From Felis catus (lineage: Eukaryota): a stretch of 64,000 nucleotides of DNA. The position numbers were made by a program, and so were the translations under genes. The notes under the pieces are model-generated. The model ran no database searches. It saw only the letters and a list, made by a program, of their open reading frames with translations, and was not told the DNA's origin. Positions 12,995-25,470 of this stretch are shown piece by piece. Numbering within the stretch: the stretch's first letter is position 1; each line of letters begins with the position of its first letter. The stretch spans positions 184,824,001-184,888,000 of the forward strand of contig NC_058368.1 of the NCBI RefSeq assembly GCF_018350175.1. Direction: 5' to 3'.

Positions 12995-14897
12995 AGAGCA
13001 CCCATTAATTTTAATAATCATCCTTCAACTTTGTAAGAAACTTATGTTGCTGGGTCAATGCATGGTCCCTACAAGGGCTCTTCTGCAGCAGGAAACTCTC
13101 CTATCTTTTACTGGCTCCTGAGGAGATGAAGACCCTGGTTGAAACATTTATCCTATTCCCTACACTCCAGATCATAGGGATTATTTGAATATTAGGATCA
13201 ATTTTCAGGCCATCTGAGAGTCAGTGGGCAGCCAACCATCTTCAGGGCTCGTGGTCCATGCAGTTGTGGGCTCACAAGGAGACCTCAGTCACATCACTGT
13301 TTCTGGGTCATTTCTCTCACAACCACATTAATTCCACAAACAATTGAGCACCTACAATGTGCCTGAAAACAAACTAGACACTGTTTCATAGCCAGCCTGT
13401 ATTGTAATATTCCATGGGGAAATTTTACTATGGAATTAACACTGCAATTCAAGATTGCTTCAAAGGGCCTTTTAAGCAAACAATCATCCAACTAAAATAT
13501 TTTTCGGCTCTGTCCAGTGTTAACAGTCTTCCCTTTCTACTTGGAGTTATCCTCCTTTCCTCCTATCTTTAGGGCTTACAGAGAATAAATGTCTTCCCTA
13601 TAGAAGACATGCCAAGAATTTTTTCAGAAGCACAAATTGCCATGAAAACTTAAAAGAATTTGTTTAAAGGGAAGTTAATTAATTTTATTTTAGAGTTGTT
13701 GTTCAAATGTCTTTGAAATTGCTGCCTTTTTCCCTTTAGGGCCAAGCTGATTTCCTTTAGTCCCTTCAGCACATGGTAATTTACATGATGAGAAAATATT
13801 TTATCTGCATTAATATTCTAGAACATGACTAGTCTATATAGTCAGAAAGACAATTGGGTTAGCCAGTAAGCCTAAGTATCTATTAGTGAGAGGGTAAGAG
13901 AACCCACAAGTGTACATCTATTCAACAGAAAACTCAAGTACCATCTAAAAAAATGAGGTGAACTTATATTGACTATACCAACATGGAAAGCTCAAGTTAT
14001 ATCGTTAAGTGAGAAAAATTAAATTAGAAAACAAGCCATAAGGTTTCATCCCATCCATATAAATGTTAGAAAGAGGTCAATATTGAGAAAGGAAAAGGAA
14101 AATCAAGAAGGCAAGAAGCTCTCATTTTTAAAAAATTCAAGAATACATTACTGAAGGAGAAATATGTGAAGGCATTCAGGCATAATATTTTTAACAATTA
14201 TAACTAAGCCATCAAATACTCCCTACGTGATTATCATTGTGATTGTCTTCTAAAATTATCAGATAAGGAGACAATTCCACACTTCTCCTTGTAAAAATGC
14301 TTTGGTTGTCTTTTTTCACATATGGAAATCAAAGAATAATTTTAGTAATTGTTAACGTGTGTTGAGCTCTTACAAGGATCCAGTCACAGTGGTAGTTGTA
14401 AAAGTGTTAGCCAAAAAGGAAAAGAAAAAGAAGAGCACTAAAGTCCAATATCTATAGGTCATAGCTGCTCCAGAATTTCTATACAGGCAGAGACTAAAGG
14501 AAGCAATCTGAAAGAAGGTTGGGCTTGAGCTCTACTTTCAGAGAATTTATAAATTGAGAAAATTCCAATGGACCATATTTTAAAAATGGTAAGAGGGTGA
14601 ATAACTAATTGAATGGGGGTAGACCAACCCCCTTGGTGCTTCCGGATGTCCTGTGATAGGAAAATTCCCAATGGAAAAGAAACTACCTCTGGGTCTGGCT
14701 CTGAGAGAGAAAACTGGATTTTATCTGGTAGAAAATTCTAGAAACCTCAGAAGGTTTCAAAATGTGTATGGAAGCATTTCTAGTGGCATAACATCTATAA
14801 TGCCATGGATATAGCAACAACCTGATTCCTTCCTTTCAAAAGTATATATAAATCGTATCTAATTACACATGACCAACAGCTTAATTGTCCTTTACTC

Positions 14898-15210
14898 CAG
14901 TTCTTCTCAACCTGTCTGTGGTAAAGGACAAGTCTGGTTTTATTTCTTTGTTTATTAACTGCCATTCCATTAGAGGTTGATGATGATAAGTAGCTTGAAC
15001 TATACGTGATTCATCATGTGAGTGTGACAACACCTGGATAGATGAGACCCTGATTAACAAAAAGAATCCACTGACCACTTGATTGGATGTCAGGGCAGTG
15101 ACAAATTGCTGTAAAAATTTCTAAATGCTAATTCCCAATTTCTATTCTTTTCTTGACCTAGACCAGTAACAAACAGTACTGGTCTACATACTACAACTTA
15201 AGTAACACTA
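14898..15210. mobile_element. hAT-Charlie MER-type DNA transposon fossil
   Basis: CAGTTCTTCTCAAC...AAGTAACACTA ends resemble Charlie TIRs. Confidence 0.45.
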
Positions 15211-15289
15211 GTAAAAAGCATATAGATCCTATCTCAGTCAGTAGTACAAAACAGCTTCAAATCAGGGACTGGTCAAAAAAGAGACTTTT

Positions 15290-15486
15290 TAAAAATGTTT
15301 AATGTTTTTATTTATATTTGAGAGAGAGAGAGCTAACAGGGGAGGGACAGGGAGAGCAGGAGAGAGAGAACCCCGCACTGTCAGCACAGAGCCCAATGAG
15401 GGGCTTGAACCCATGAACCGTGAGATTGTGACCTAAGCTGAAATCAAGTTGGACACTTAACTGACTGAGCCACCCAGGCGCCCCCC
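15290..15486 (-). mobile_element. Can-SINE
   Basis: Reverse-complement head CTGAGCCACCCAGGCGCCCC. Confidence 0.92.
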
Positions 15487-17153
15487 CAAATAGATGTATT
15501 TAAACAAAAGACATAAACAATTTATGCACAGAAGATAAAACATAGACAATCGAGGCAAAAATGTCCTATTGCTCCTCTTTTACACTTTTTGCCTAGTTTA
15601 ATTGACAAGCATCTTGACACAGCAAAGCAATCTATTTCAAAAACTGCTACCGTTTGCAACTACTTATCTTTGTGAGTTATAATTTTCTCAATATTGTGCA
15701 ATCAAAATAAGATAAATTAGACACTGAGACTGGAAAAATAATACTGGCCAATACTGCTGCAAAGACACTCTATGGAAAAATTTAAATTCCACCATAAAAC
15801 ACATGACCCCAGTAGAGATTTACAATATACAGTAGACGTGAAACAGCTTGCAGAAATTAGTTGGATTAACCTTTCAGGGGATTGTGAGTTATTTAAACCA
15901 CAAATCTCATTCTTTACATTATATCAAGGAACATGCTGATTTACATTTTGAGAAATGCTGGAGAAGACCCTTCGTAAGGTACCTTGTCATTTCTAATGCC
16001 ACAAACTTCCTGAATCCCTATATTGCTAATGCAGGTAACTTAACATTTCATTACCCATTCCATCCCTCCCCAACATGCATACGTTTTAAATGCATCCAAA
16101 ATTTTTATTTTCTGTCTGGGAATGAAAGAAATCTAAGGCCTTGCATTTCCAGTATTGACAATCAGAGCTTTGATTTGGAGCCCAATTTACCAGTTCCAAG
16201 ACAACTAGCTATCGTGCCTACGAGTACAACACATACAAACTGTTTTGAGATATGGATGCTGGAGAGTTGACTAGAATCACACATTAGCTGAGGGACTCAG
16301 TCTTCTAGCTGATGACCCAGGGAATAGAATTCAGATCTGTACTTTAGCCAAAGTAAATTTTAGTGCATTAATGGGCTCATACAATCACCTGAGGATACTG
16401 AAAGCAAAACTGTTAAATGTATCATTGCCAGATTTCTGTGAAACAATGGTGAACTCCCTTCTGCCCAAAGACCTATGTAACAACACTAAAGCTCAAAGCA
16501 AATTGGGTGAAGCTTATCCATTTGATCCTGTCAAACAGGGTTTCTCAACTTGAGAGCCCCAACCATTTCATGGGAAGTCCCTTGTTAAAAATGCAGCATC
16601 CTTTGGATTGTGGTGATAATAGGACAACTGCATGAATAACTGAAAAATCATTGAAATGTACACTTTCACTGCATTAATTGAGTAGTATATAAATTGTACT
16701 TCAATAAGTAGGTTAAAATGAAAAAAAATTGAAAATTCAGCTCCTGGGTCCCATCCCTAGAGATTCAAAAGCACTAAATGTGTGACAGTGTTTAGGAATT
16801 CACAGTTTTTTGCAAAGAACCTGGTAATCCTTCTGAGAATCAATGTTTAGGCTACATGTTCTGAATTATACCTTGGAGTTAAGCAGGACCGTCAGAAAGC
16901 AACATTTGTCCGGATTACACATGAACTTATTTGAGTAGCTGTCATCAAGGAATGCCACCAGAAGGGAATGCTATTCATTTGCTTTAGGATGTTACGGTAT
17001 CATTCAATACACTTCATAAGGAGGAAGAGGAATTACCATTTGGTCACAGCTCTCAGTGAGCACTCAACTGATAACAATAAGACAGGCAGTAAAAACAAAC
17101 AAACAAAAACATAATACCTTTAGGTTAGTAATTTTTAAAACATAAAAACAATA

Positions 17154-17509
17154 GGGGCACCTTGCTTGGGTGGCTCAGTCAGTTAAGCGTGTGACTTCAG
17201 TTCAGGTCATGATATACAGTTTGTGAGTTCAAGGCCCATGTTGGGCTCTGTGCTGACAGCTTAGAGTATGGAGCCTGCTTCAGATTCTGTATCTTCCTCT
17301 CTCTCTGCCCCTCCCTTGTTCTCTCTCTCTCTCTCTCAAAAATAACATTAAAAAATTAAAAAAATAGAAGATAAATATAATTTCCTTATGAAAATATATA
17401 ACTTATGACTAAATATGACTAAAAAAGGCATCAAGAGGTGCCTGGATGGCTCAGTTGGTTGAGCATCCAACTCCTGATTTTGGCTCAGGTCATGATCCCA
17501 GTGCTTAAG

Positions 17510-17555
<46 letters not shown>

Positions 17556-17832
17556 TGCCCCTCTCCCCCACTCATCCACTCTCTCTCTCTCTCTAGAATA
17601 AAAAAAAATTTTTTTAATTAAAAAAAATAAGGGTGCCTGGGTAGCTCAGTCAGTTAAGCTTCCAACTTTGGCTCAGGACATGACCTCACAGTTTGTGAGT
17701 TCAAGCCTCACATCAGGCTCTCTGCTGTCAGGATAGAGTCCACTTCAGATCCTTTGTCCCCCTCTCTTTCTACCCCTGCCCCTGCCTCAAAAATTAAAAA
17801 AAAAATTAATAAAATAAAATAAATAAAAATAA
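17154..17832 (+). mobile_element. Cluster of three Can-SINEs (heads ~17154, ~17435, ~17630) including a (CT)n expansion
   Basis: Three heads, CT tracts and A tails. Confidence 0.92.
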
Positions 17833-18600
17833 AGGGTTTGCAAACTAAATCCAATAACATCAGTTCCCTACTTCACATCATACAAAAATAGTAATTCAAA
17901 AATAGATCACAGACCTACATATAAATCTTAAAATTATGAAGCTTCTAGAAGAAACCAGGAGAAAATCTTTACAACCTCAAGGTGGACAGAAATGTTTAGA
18001 TAATAGAACATATAAGACACCAGTCGTTAGAAGAAAAAAACATAATAAATTGGATGTCAGAATTAAACAATTCTGCTTTTTGAAGACATTTTTAAAAACA
18101 AAAAAGCAAGTCACAGGCTGGGAGAGAATATTTCCCAAACATATACCAGATAAAGGACGTGTAGCCAGAATATACATAAAGAACACCACAACTCAAGCAT
18201 AAGAAAATAATCCAATTTTTAAAATAGGCCAAAACTTTGTGCATACACTTCATGAAGAAGTACAAATAGCTGAGAAGCAGAGGAAAGATGGAACACATCA
18301 TTAGTCATCAGGAAAATGCAAATTAAAACCATAATGAGTTATCACTATACACAGAGTAGAATGGTTAAAATTTCAAAGATGATCATACCAAGTAGAGCCA
18401 AGGATGTGGAGCAAATGCAACTCCACATGGATTGCAGATGGGAACAGAAAACAGGACATCCAGTTTAGAAAACAGCTTGGCAGTTTTTTCTTTAATTACA
18501 CATTCACCTATAATATGACACAGCCATTCTATTCCTACGTGTTCACTCAAGAAAAATAAAAACATATCCATACAAAGATCTACACATGGATATTCCTAAG
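17833..18600 (+). mobile_element. Degenerate L1 (ORF2 3' part/3' region)
   Basis: KLLEE..., WERIF..HIPDKG ORF2-like peptide; GAAAATGCAAATTAAAACCA motif. Confidence 0.9.
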
Positions 18601-18609
18601 TAGAAAGAG

Positions 18610-18690
18610 AAAGGAGAGGAGGAAGAGGAGGAGGAGGAGGAGGAGGAGGAGGAGGAGGAGGGGAAGGGGAAGTGGAAGGAAAAGAAGAAA
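18610..18690. repeat. (GAG)n / purine-rich tract
   Basis: Directly visible. Confidence 0.9.
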
Positions 18691-19289
18691 TGAGAATCAG
18701 AGTATAGTCGGGAGACAGGTATGAAAAACCTTACAAGGTTTTCATACATAAAATTCAGACTTTTTCCTGAGGACAACATCTTGGGGCTGTGAAGAGTTTT
18801 ATGCAGGGGGAACCACTAGATTTGTGTTGTGGCAAGTTCACTCTGGCTGCCGAGGATTGGCAAGAGTAAGCAAGGCCACAAACTCTGTCCAAACTGAATA
18901 CACTCTTCAAACATCTTAAAGGTAGCTACTACCAGAACAATAACAAGCGCAAATCAACAAGTTTAATTAGCAAAAATCATATTCTGCCTTTTGTGAAAAA
19001 AGGAAGTTATGCAAATAGGAAACATGATAACAGTTTGTGAAATAAGGATTTAAAGGATCTAGTGAATGATGTATTTATTAGGAGCCCATAGTGGGCGATA
19101 GCTAGTAGAAAGCTATTAGGAGATTATAAATTGAAAAAAAAAAAAAAAGATAAAAGAAAAAAAGAAAATCTTGTGGCCTCTCTGATAGCATGCTAGATTA
19201 TTTTGTCCTGTTTTGAACACCATAGCTGTTTTAAGAGGTGACATTAGCCATTAGCACCAAGAGAGCTGGGAGTGGAGGGTCAGACAGCC

Positions 19290-19830
19290 ATAAATTTTTT
19301 GATTTCCCATTGAGAGGCAAAATCTGTTCCTTTTCCTTGCATCTGAGTGGGCTCTAAGACTTCTTTGATCGATAGAACATAACTGACTCTAACAGTTGTT
19401 AGGCTCAGACTTTAAGGCACCTGGCAGCCTCTACTTCTTCCGTCTTTGTGAACTGAACTACCATGTAACATGTCCATCTTGCCCTGAGGCCACCATGCTG
19501 TGAGGAAGCCCAAGCTAGACAAGGGAATGGCTTTCTGGAGAAAAAGAAGCCCAGCCAATCTCAAGCCATTTCAGGCCCCAGACATTCAAATCACCTGAGA
19601 CCAGAGTCAGACATGTGGGTGGTGAAAGCATTTTGGACAGCCAGCCCAAGTCAAGCCAACCCCACTTACAATTTGATTGCAACCACTTGAGAGACTCAAG
19701 CAAGAACTAGCTGATTGAGATATGATAATGATATAATCATCATTTCATATATTATTATATCGTATATAAGTATTAATGTAATAGAAAGTGGTTTTATTCA
19801 TTCAGTGTGTTACACAATAAAGAACTACAT
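19290..19830 (+). mobile_element. MaLR (MLT1F/H-like) LTR
   Basis: GAGGCCACCATGCTGTGAGGAAGCCCAAGCTAG and GAGACTCAAGCAAGAAC motifs. Confidence 0.75.
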
Positions 19831-20471
19831 GGTACAAGAATGAAAACAGCATCATTGTGATATCAGAAACAATGTCTCTGGACATGTTCAAATGGGCACA
19901 TGTGATGTCCGGTCAGGCTGGGTGTTGAAAATGAGCCTAAAGTAAGGTAAAAAACTAGAAGTATGGCCAGGTTGCTGCGATCCTACTGTGTGATTCAGAA
20001 AGGTAACAACTGACTTTATAGGCATGTGTCTGAACTAAAGGTAGCCTAGCTATGCTCTTTTCTATTCCTAAAATACTAACTCGGGAGGCAATCAAAATCA
20101 TAGTCCTGACTCCACTTTACACTATGCTTATACAAAACTAATTCCTTAGAAATTTTACACGTATTCTATTTGTAGGATGTTCATCGCACAAACGCTACTA
20201 GAAACGTCTTCCGGTATTTAAAAACAAAAACAACTTTGTGGAAACGCTTTCGGACTGAAAAGGATCATCCTCCACTGCCATGTCTGCCACCTGCATTTGA
20301 TAATCTCTTTCCTACACTTGATAATCCAGACTCTGCATTAATTTTACAGTATTTTTTGTACCACATAAAACTCTAAAAGGTCTTATCATTGTTTTACTGA
20401 TGAAGAAACTGAGGCACAGAAAGGTTAAGTACATTGCCCAAATACACAGCCAATAAATCCTACACTCTTAC

Positions 20472-20602
20472 CCAGCTGGCCAGTTGTTCAGGTAGACTGA
20501 GGAATCCTTCACACAGAAAGCAGTGACTTCCTTTTAACTGAGAAGTTCCTTGGAAGCTCCAGCCAGACCTATTCCTTTGTTTCCAGGAATGCCCTTATTT
20601 AA
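20472..20602 (-). other. Candidate non-coding exon (131 nt)
   Basis: Minus strand: ccccttcgatag|TTAAAT...GCTGG|gtaagag. Confidence 0.45.
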
Positions 20603-20729
20603 CTATCGAAGGGGATGTCAATTTGTTGTGTTACAGAAAAGAAAACAAACTGAGGATAAAGTACCTCTCTATGGAGAGATGCAATTATTTGGGGACTCCT
20701 GGGTAAACTTTAAGACAAAAAATACTTAC

Positions 20730-20814
20730 AACTTCCCACATCTTCTTTCCCCAAAAACAGGTTACTTCACCAATCAGACAAATACGATATAGCACAGGGC
20801 CACCTCAGTGAAAT
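20730..20814 (-). other. Candidate non-coding exon (85 nt)
   Basis: Minus strand: tttactttctag|ATTTCA...GAAGTT|gtaagta. Confidence 0.5.
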
Positions 20815-21132
20815 CTAGAAAGTAAATTGTATTGGCCCAAGGAAAACAAAGAATTATTAAAGTTAATCATTATTGTTCCTGTCCATTAAACAAACAAACA
20901 ATAACAACAGTAAAAACTTTAAGAAAGAACCTGCCCTAGAAATCAGATAAACAAAATACACTGCTGCTATATTCTGGAGTCACTTTACCAAATAAGGCAG
21001 CCTCTGCATATCTAATCAGAAAGATATAAAAATTCATTCACTTGGGTCTCCAGTTTAGGTTTACCAGCAATGTACTGATATTAAAAAGTACTAAGAGAAC
21101 AATAAATTGGAATACTTAATGTATTTACAAAC

Positions 21133-21892
21133 CATCTCTGGATCTTTCTTGATTTGTGAGGGCACAGTGGGCAGGGGTAACGTTGGGTGGTTGGATACAG
21201 TTATTTGTGAGGATGATTTCTGCAGAGGCGTGGACCAAATGACCCTTCAAGGTGGTTTGGTGTCTTTCGAGTACACAAGCTGTGTTTATATCCAATCCCA
21301 GATCAGACAAGCTTCACTAACCACAGAAGTTTGGGACAAAAGCCAGTTGCAACCCACATATCCCTGCGGTCCTCCTGCCTTCTGGCAAACTCCAGGACCA
21401 GATTGGAAAATCTGTGCCCAGTTTGGGGGCCAAGTTTGGTATGATCTGGGGATGATTTATATGGCTTTGGTTGGAGTCCACATGATATGTGCTACTTTGG
21501 CCAAGTTGAGCTTTAGAGTTTCTGACTCATTTGAAATAAAACGTATCAGGTGGAGACAGATGGGCTCCCCAACAGGGATCAGAGGGGTCTCCTCCAAATC
21601 CTGTGGGACACCAAGACAACCGAATTTCCCACCTCCCTACTCAAAGGTCCAAAACAACATGCAATACAGGTGGCATCAGGGTGAAGGACTTGGATGTACA
21701 AGTGTTTCCCAGGATTCGCCAAAAATAGAAATAAATCGCTTTTAATTTCTGAAGGGAAAAAGGCTGGATTGATTTTACAGACTCTCCTCTAAACAGCAAT
21801 TTACATGCTGAAACTGTAAAGCTGAGGGTAAAATATCCCTTCCTGGTGATTTGAAATCCGTTGATTAATTCCAAGTTGATGACCTTGTTCCC
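21133..21892 (-). other. Candidate large non-coding/5'UTR exon (760 nt; alternative acceptor at 21600)
   Basis: Minus strand: ttctattgttgtag|GGGAAC...GAGATG|gtttgt (weak donor); repeat-free, more GC-rich than flanks; no long minus ORF. Confidence 0.4.
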
Positions 21893-22229
21893 CTACAACA
21901 ATAGAACTTTAATTCATCTCACTCAGGCTGCCTCTAACTAGTTTTCAACAATCACAAAACAACCAGCAAGTAGTGGCTGTTGGTGGATAGAATCCCTATT
22001 AATAAATACAAATTAAATGAAGCATATCAAAAGAACCTGATCCTACTACCAGACCAAATGGGATTTTCTTTGAATTTAAGAGCAAAATACTTCCCCATAG
22101 GAAGAATCTCAGATACTGTAAGGCAACTCTGTCCAGTAAAAACAAAACGCAAGCCACAAATTCAAGCTACTAAGTTATTTTTAAAATTTATACTAGTCAC
22201 ATTGAAAAAAAAAAAAAAAGAACAGGTGA

Positions 22230-22922
22230 GGGGCGCCTGTGTTATGCCCAGAATTCGTGATCCCCAAATACCGCCAGGGAGCCGAGTCCGATGTAAAAGC
22301 AAAAGAGCCTTTATTCGAGCTAGCTCGAGCTCAATCCCCTACCTGCACCGACGCAGCGGTGAGATACCGGAGAGAGAGAGAGCGAGTTTCAAAAGCACAA
22401 AGGTTTTATTAGGGCCTAGGGGCAGTTGGTGAGGTAATGGCTGTGGCCTCAGCCGATTGGCTGGGGAAGGGTCGTGGCCTCGGCCGATTTGCTGGGGAAT
22501 GGTCGGAGTCCTGTTACGCAGGTCGCTGGGCGTGTTTTGATCAGGAAGTTTGAACGGGTGAGCGGGAGGTTACTCAAGGGGAGGAGGCGCGGTCTGAGGT
22601 TTCTGCGATTTTCCCGGAAAAGGGGTCATGTCGGGGACATAGTCACTCAAGGTGGAGGACACAGAACAAGATGGAGTCGGCTGGCGTAGGCCCGCCCTTT
22701 CACCTGGGTGGCTCAGTCGGTGAAGGATCTGACTTAGGCTCAGGTCATGATCTCACCGTTTGCGGGTCCGAGCCCCACATTGGGCTCTGTGCTAACAGCT
22801 CAGAGCCTGGAGCCTGCTTCAGATTCTGTGTCTCCCTCTCTCTCTCTCTCTGCTCCTCCTCTGCTTGCACTCTGTCTGTCTCTCTCTCTCTCTAAAAAAT
22901 AAATAAACATTAAAAAAAAAAT
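22230..22922 (+). mobile_element. Can-SINE interrupted by a solo LTR
   Basis: GGGGCGCCTG [LTR] CCTGGGTGGCTCAGTCGG...; head resumes at 22703. Confidence 0.93.
22240..22702 (-). mobile_element. Young gammaretrovirus-like (ERV1) solo LTR, 463 bp
   Basis: TG...CA termini, 4-bp TSD CCTG; minus strand begins TGAAAG; CCAAT 22456-22460, TATA-like 22404-22411, AATAAA 22310-22315; CpG-rich. Confidence 0.93.
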
Positions 22923-23112
22923 TAGTGAGTACAGAGTACTTGGAATTACATCTGGCATGTCATACTAATCAACAAGTCAGAAGAGGCTGATTAGAAATAC
23001 CTTAAGGCAAGGACTATTCCTTATTCATCACTGTAAGTTCCAGGACCTAGAACAGCTCTGGTACCTGGAAGGTGGTCAATGAACATTCTCCTTTAAGTTG
23101 TAAAGGGTGGTA

Positions 23113-23310
23113 GGGGGCGCCTGGGTGGCTCAGTGGGTCAAGCACCTGACTTTGACTCAGGTCATGAGCTCACAGTTCTTGAGTTCGAGCCCTGCATCGG
23201 GCTCTCTGCTGTCAGCACAGACAGAGCATGCTTCAGATCCTCTGTCTCCCTCTCTCTCTGCCTTCCCACCCTCTCAAAAATAAATAAACATTAAAAAATA
23301 ATAATAAAAA
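23113..23310 (+). mobile_element. Can-SINE
   Basis: Head, CT tract, A tail. Confidence 0.92.
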
Positions 23311-23313
23311 GAG

Positions 23314-23700
23314 TGTGATGTGCTGCCCAGATCCAACTTTCAGAAATAAAAGGAATTTTGCCCCGGCTACTGGGAGTGCTGCCAGCAAATAGCCCTCAAC
23401 TATCATCTCCCTTTGGGGACTGCTCAGACTAAAAACCAAAGGCTGGCTAAAAAGCAAGCACCTTTTCCAAGGTTGTTTGTTTATATGACAGGGCAGGCTT
23501 CCTCCTTAGGAAAGACAGCACCAAAAAGCCATTCTTGCTCCAGAGGCGCTCTTTCTTATGTATGTATCCTTGGGCATGCATTGTGGATCTCCCCCTACCC
23601 CATCCCACTTCTTTCCCCTTCATTCCACAGGTGTTGACCCCCAAAGCATCCCTAACAAGCATCCTCCCTGTTAATACACAAGCCACAGAACACAAGTGGT
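23314..23700 (+). mobile_element. ERVL LTR16-like LTR
   Basis: TGTGATGTGCTGCCCAGATCC...CACAGGTGTTGACCCC...AAGCATCCCTAA motifs recalled from LTR16. Confidence 0.6.
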
Positions 23701-24924
23701 GATAACAAGAAACAAGAGCTGTCTGTTAACAGAAGAACTAAGACAATGAATAAATAACATTTACCAGTGTTTTCCTAACAATTTCTACTAACCAAGTCAC
23801 TTGACATGTTGCCTGTATAGGGCACACCATGGATTATAACTCGGAGTCTTCCCACCAGCAGCTCATTTTTTCCAAGACACATAACCAGGCAATGACAGAA
23901 GAAACGAGAATAGCTGCAAGCACTGAGACTCTTTCGAGAAAGCCTCTTTCTTCTTTAGGTTATCCAAGACCCACACGCTACAACCAGACGCATTCATGCC
24001 GGAGTGAGCCCAAACCACAGAGTTCTCTCGCATCTCGGACTTTCAAATTCTTAAATTTGCCCTTTACTTAAAAAAGTCAATGATTTCACCAAGAAAGTTT
24101 GATTAGTTTCTTTTACTTTCTGTAATGAAGTGCCATCCTTTTTACACTTGAAAGGATCTTTGTAATAATGCAACATTGATCTTTTGAATACAGATGAGCT
24201 AACCTAGATAATAGGATTTAGAATGAGAAAGACCAGACTGGTTATGATATTTAAGGCTCCAGTGCCATCAAGAGGAATTGTGGCATAAAACATGCTTCCA
24301 GAGACACTGATGCCGCATTAATAAATGTAGGATCATGTTTCCTCTTGCACATAGTTTTTATTTTGTTCAACATCTTGAGAGAAGTCAATATGCTGTGTCC
24401 CGGGATGTCAATCACCCAGTGCAAAAAAAAAAGGGGGGGGGGAGGGTGGAGATTTAGCTCTGAGATCTGTCTTCTCAAGTCTGCCGCTTTAAGCCACAAA
24501 GGTCGAGAACTGGGATTCAAACCTGATACCAGAAAGCAGTTCTGATAAAACTTTAGGGGAAAATGGGAAATCACGGATTCAAAAATTATTTTGCCCCAGA
24601 CTCAGCTGAAGAACAGAAAAGGGGAGATGGAATGCTTTTGCTTTGGAGAATGAAATATCGTCTAGGAAGTAGGCTGCTATTTTTCCATCTCTACATCTAA
24701 GAGAAAGAGAAAAGAGAGCCATTTTGGTGATCTCATCCTCCAGGAAAGTCTGAGCAGAGAGACTTCCTAGGCACAGCCTCACACACAGTGGGTGGCTTGT
24801 TCTCCGTTACAGCCTATGTCAACATCTCCTGTGTATGGAGCAACGTTAGATTTAATGTCAGAACAGAATGAAAAAGGACTATCACAAAAGACCCAATCCA
24901 GTGACAAGTACAAAGGGACCCTAC

Positions 24925-25128
24925 AGCCACCTGGGTGACTCAGTCAGTTAAGCGTCCAACTTCAGCTCAGGTCATGATCTCGCAGTTCACTAGTTCAAGC
25001 CCTACACTGGGCTCTGTGCTGACAGCTCAGAGCCTAGGGCCTATTTCGGATTCTCTGTGTCCCTCTCTCTCTCTCTGCCCCTCCCCTGCTTGTGCTATGT
25101 CTCTCTGAAAAATAAACATTAAAAAAAT
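24925..25128 (+). mobile_element. Can-SINE
   Basis: Head, CT tract, A tail. Confidence 0.92.
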
Positions 25129-25190
25129 AGGATCCTACCAAAGGATGCCATTCATCTCTCTACTTATGGTACGTTTGAAATTATCCATTT

Positions 25191-25470
25191 AATTTTTTTA
25201 AATAAAAATTAGTAAAATTAAACTTTTTAAGTAAAAATTAATAAAATTAAACTTAATAAAAATTAAGTTGATTTTACTTATTTTGAGAGAGTGCAAGCAC
25301 AAGCATGAGTTGGGGAGGGGCAAAGAGAAAGGGAGAGAGAGAATTCCAAGCAGGCTCCACACTGCGAGCGCAGAGACTGATGCAGGGCACCAACTCATGA
25401 ATTGTAAGATCATAACCTGAGCTGAAATCAAGAGTCGGATGCTTAACCAACTGAGCCACCCAAGCACTCC
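25191..25470 (-). mobile_element. Can-SINE with expanded AT-rich tail
   Basis: TSD TGAAAT(T/C)ATCCATTT. Confidence 0.9.

Noticed and set aside
15848..16270. 140-aa plus ORF (also 31022-31468 minus and 57664-58032 plus)
   Set aside because: No homology, coding-like composition or splice context that I can support
16872..17067. Possible additional minus-strand exon (ttgttatcag...AAG|gtataa)
   Set aside because: Weak donor; cannot be told from chance without RNA data
21980..22895. ORFs of 150, 71 and 74 aa
   Set aside because: They span LTR/SINE junctions and show no gag/pol/env similarity
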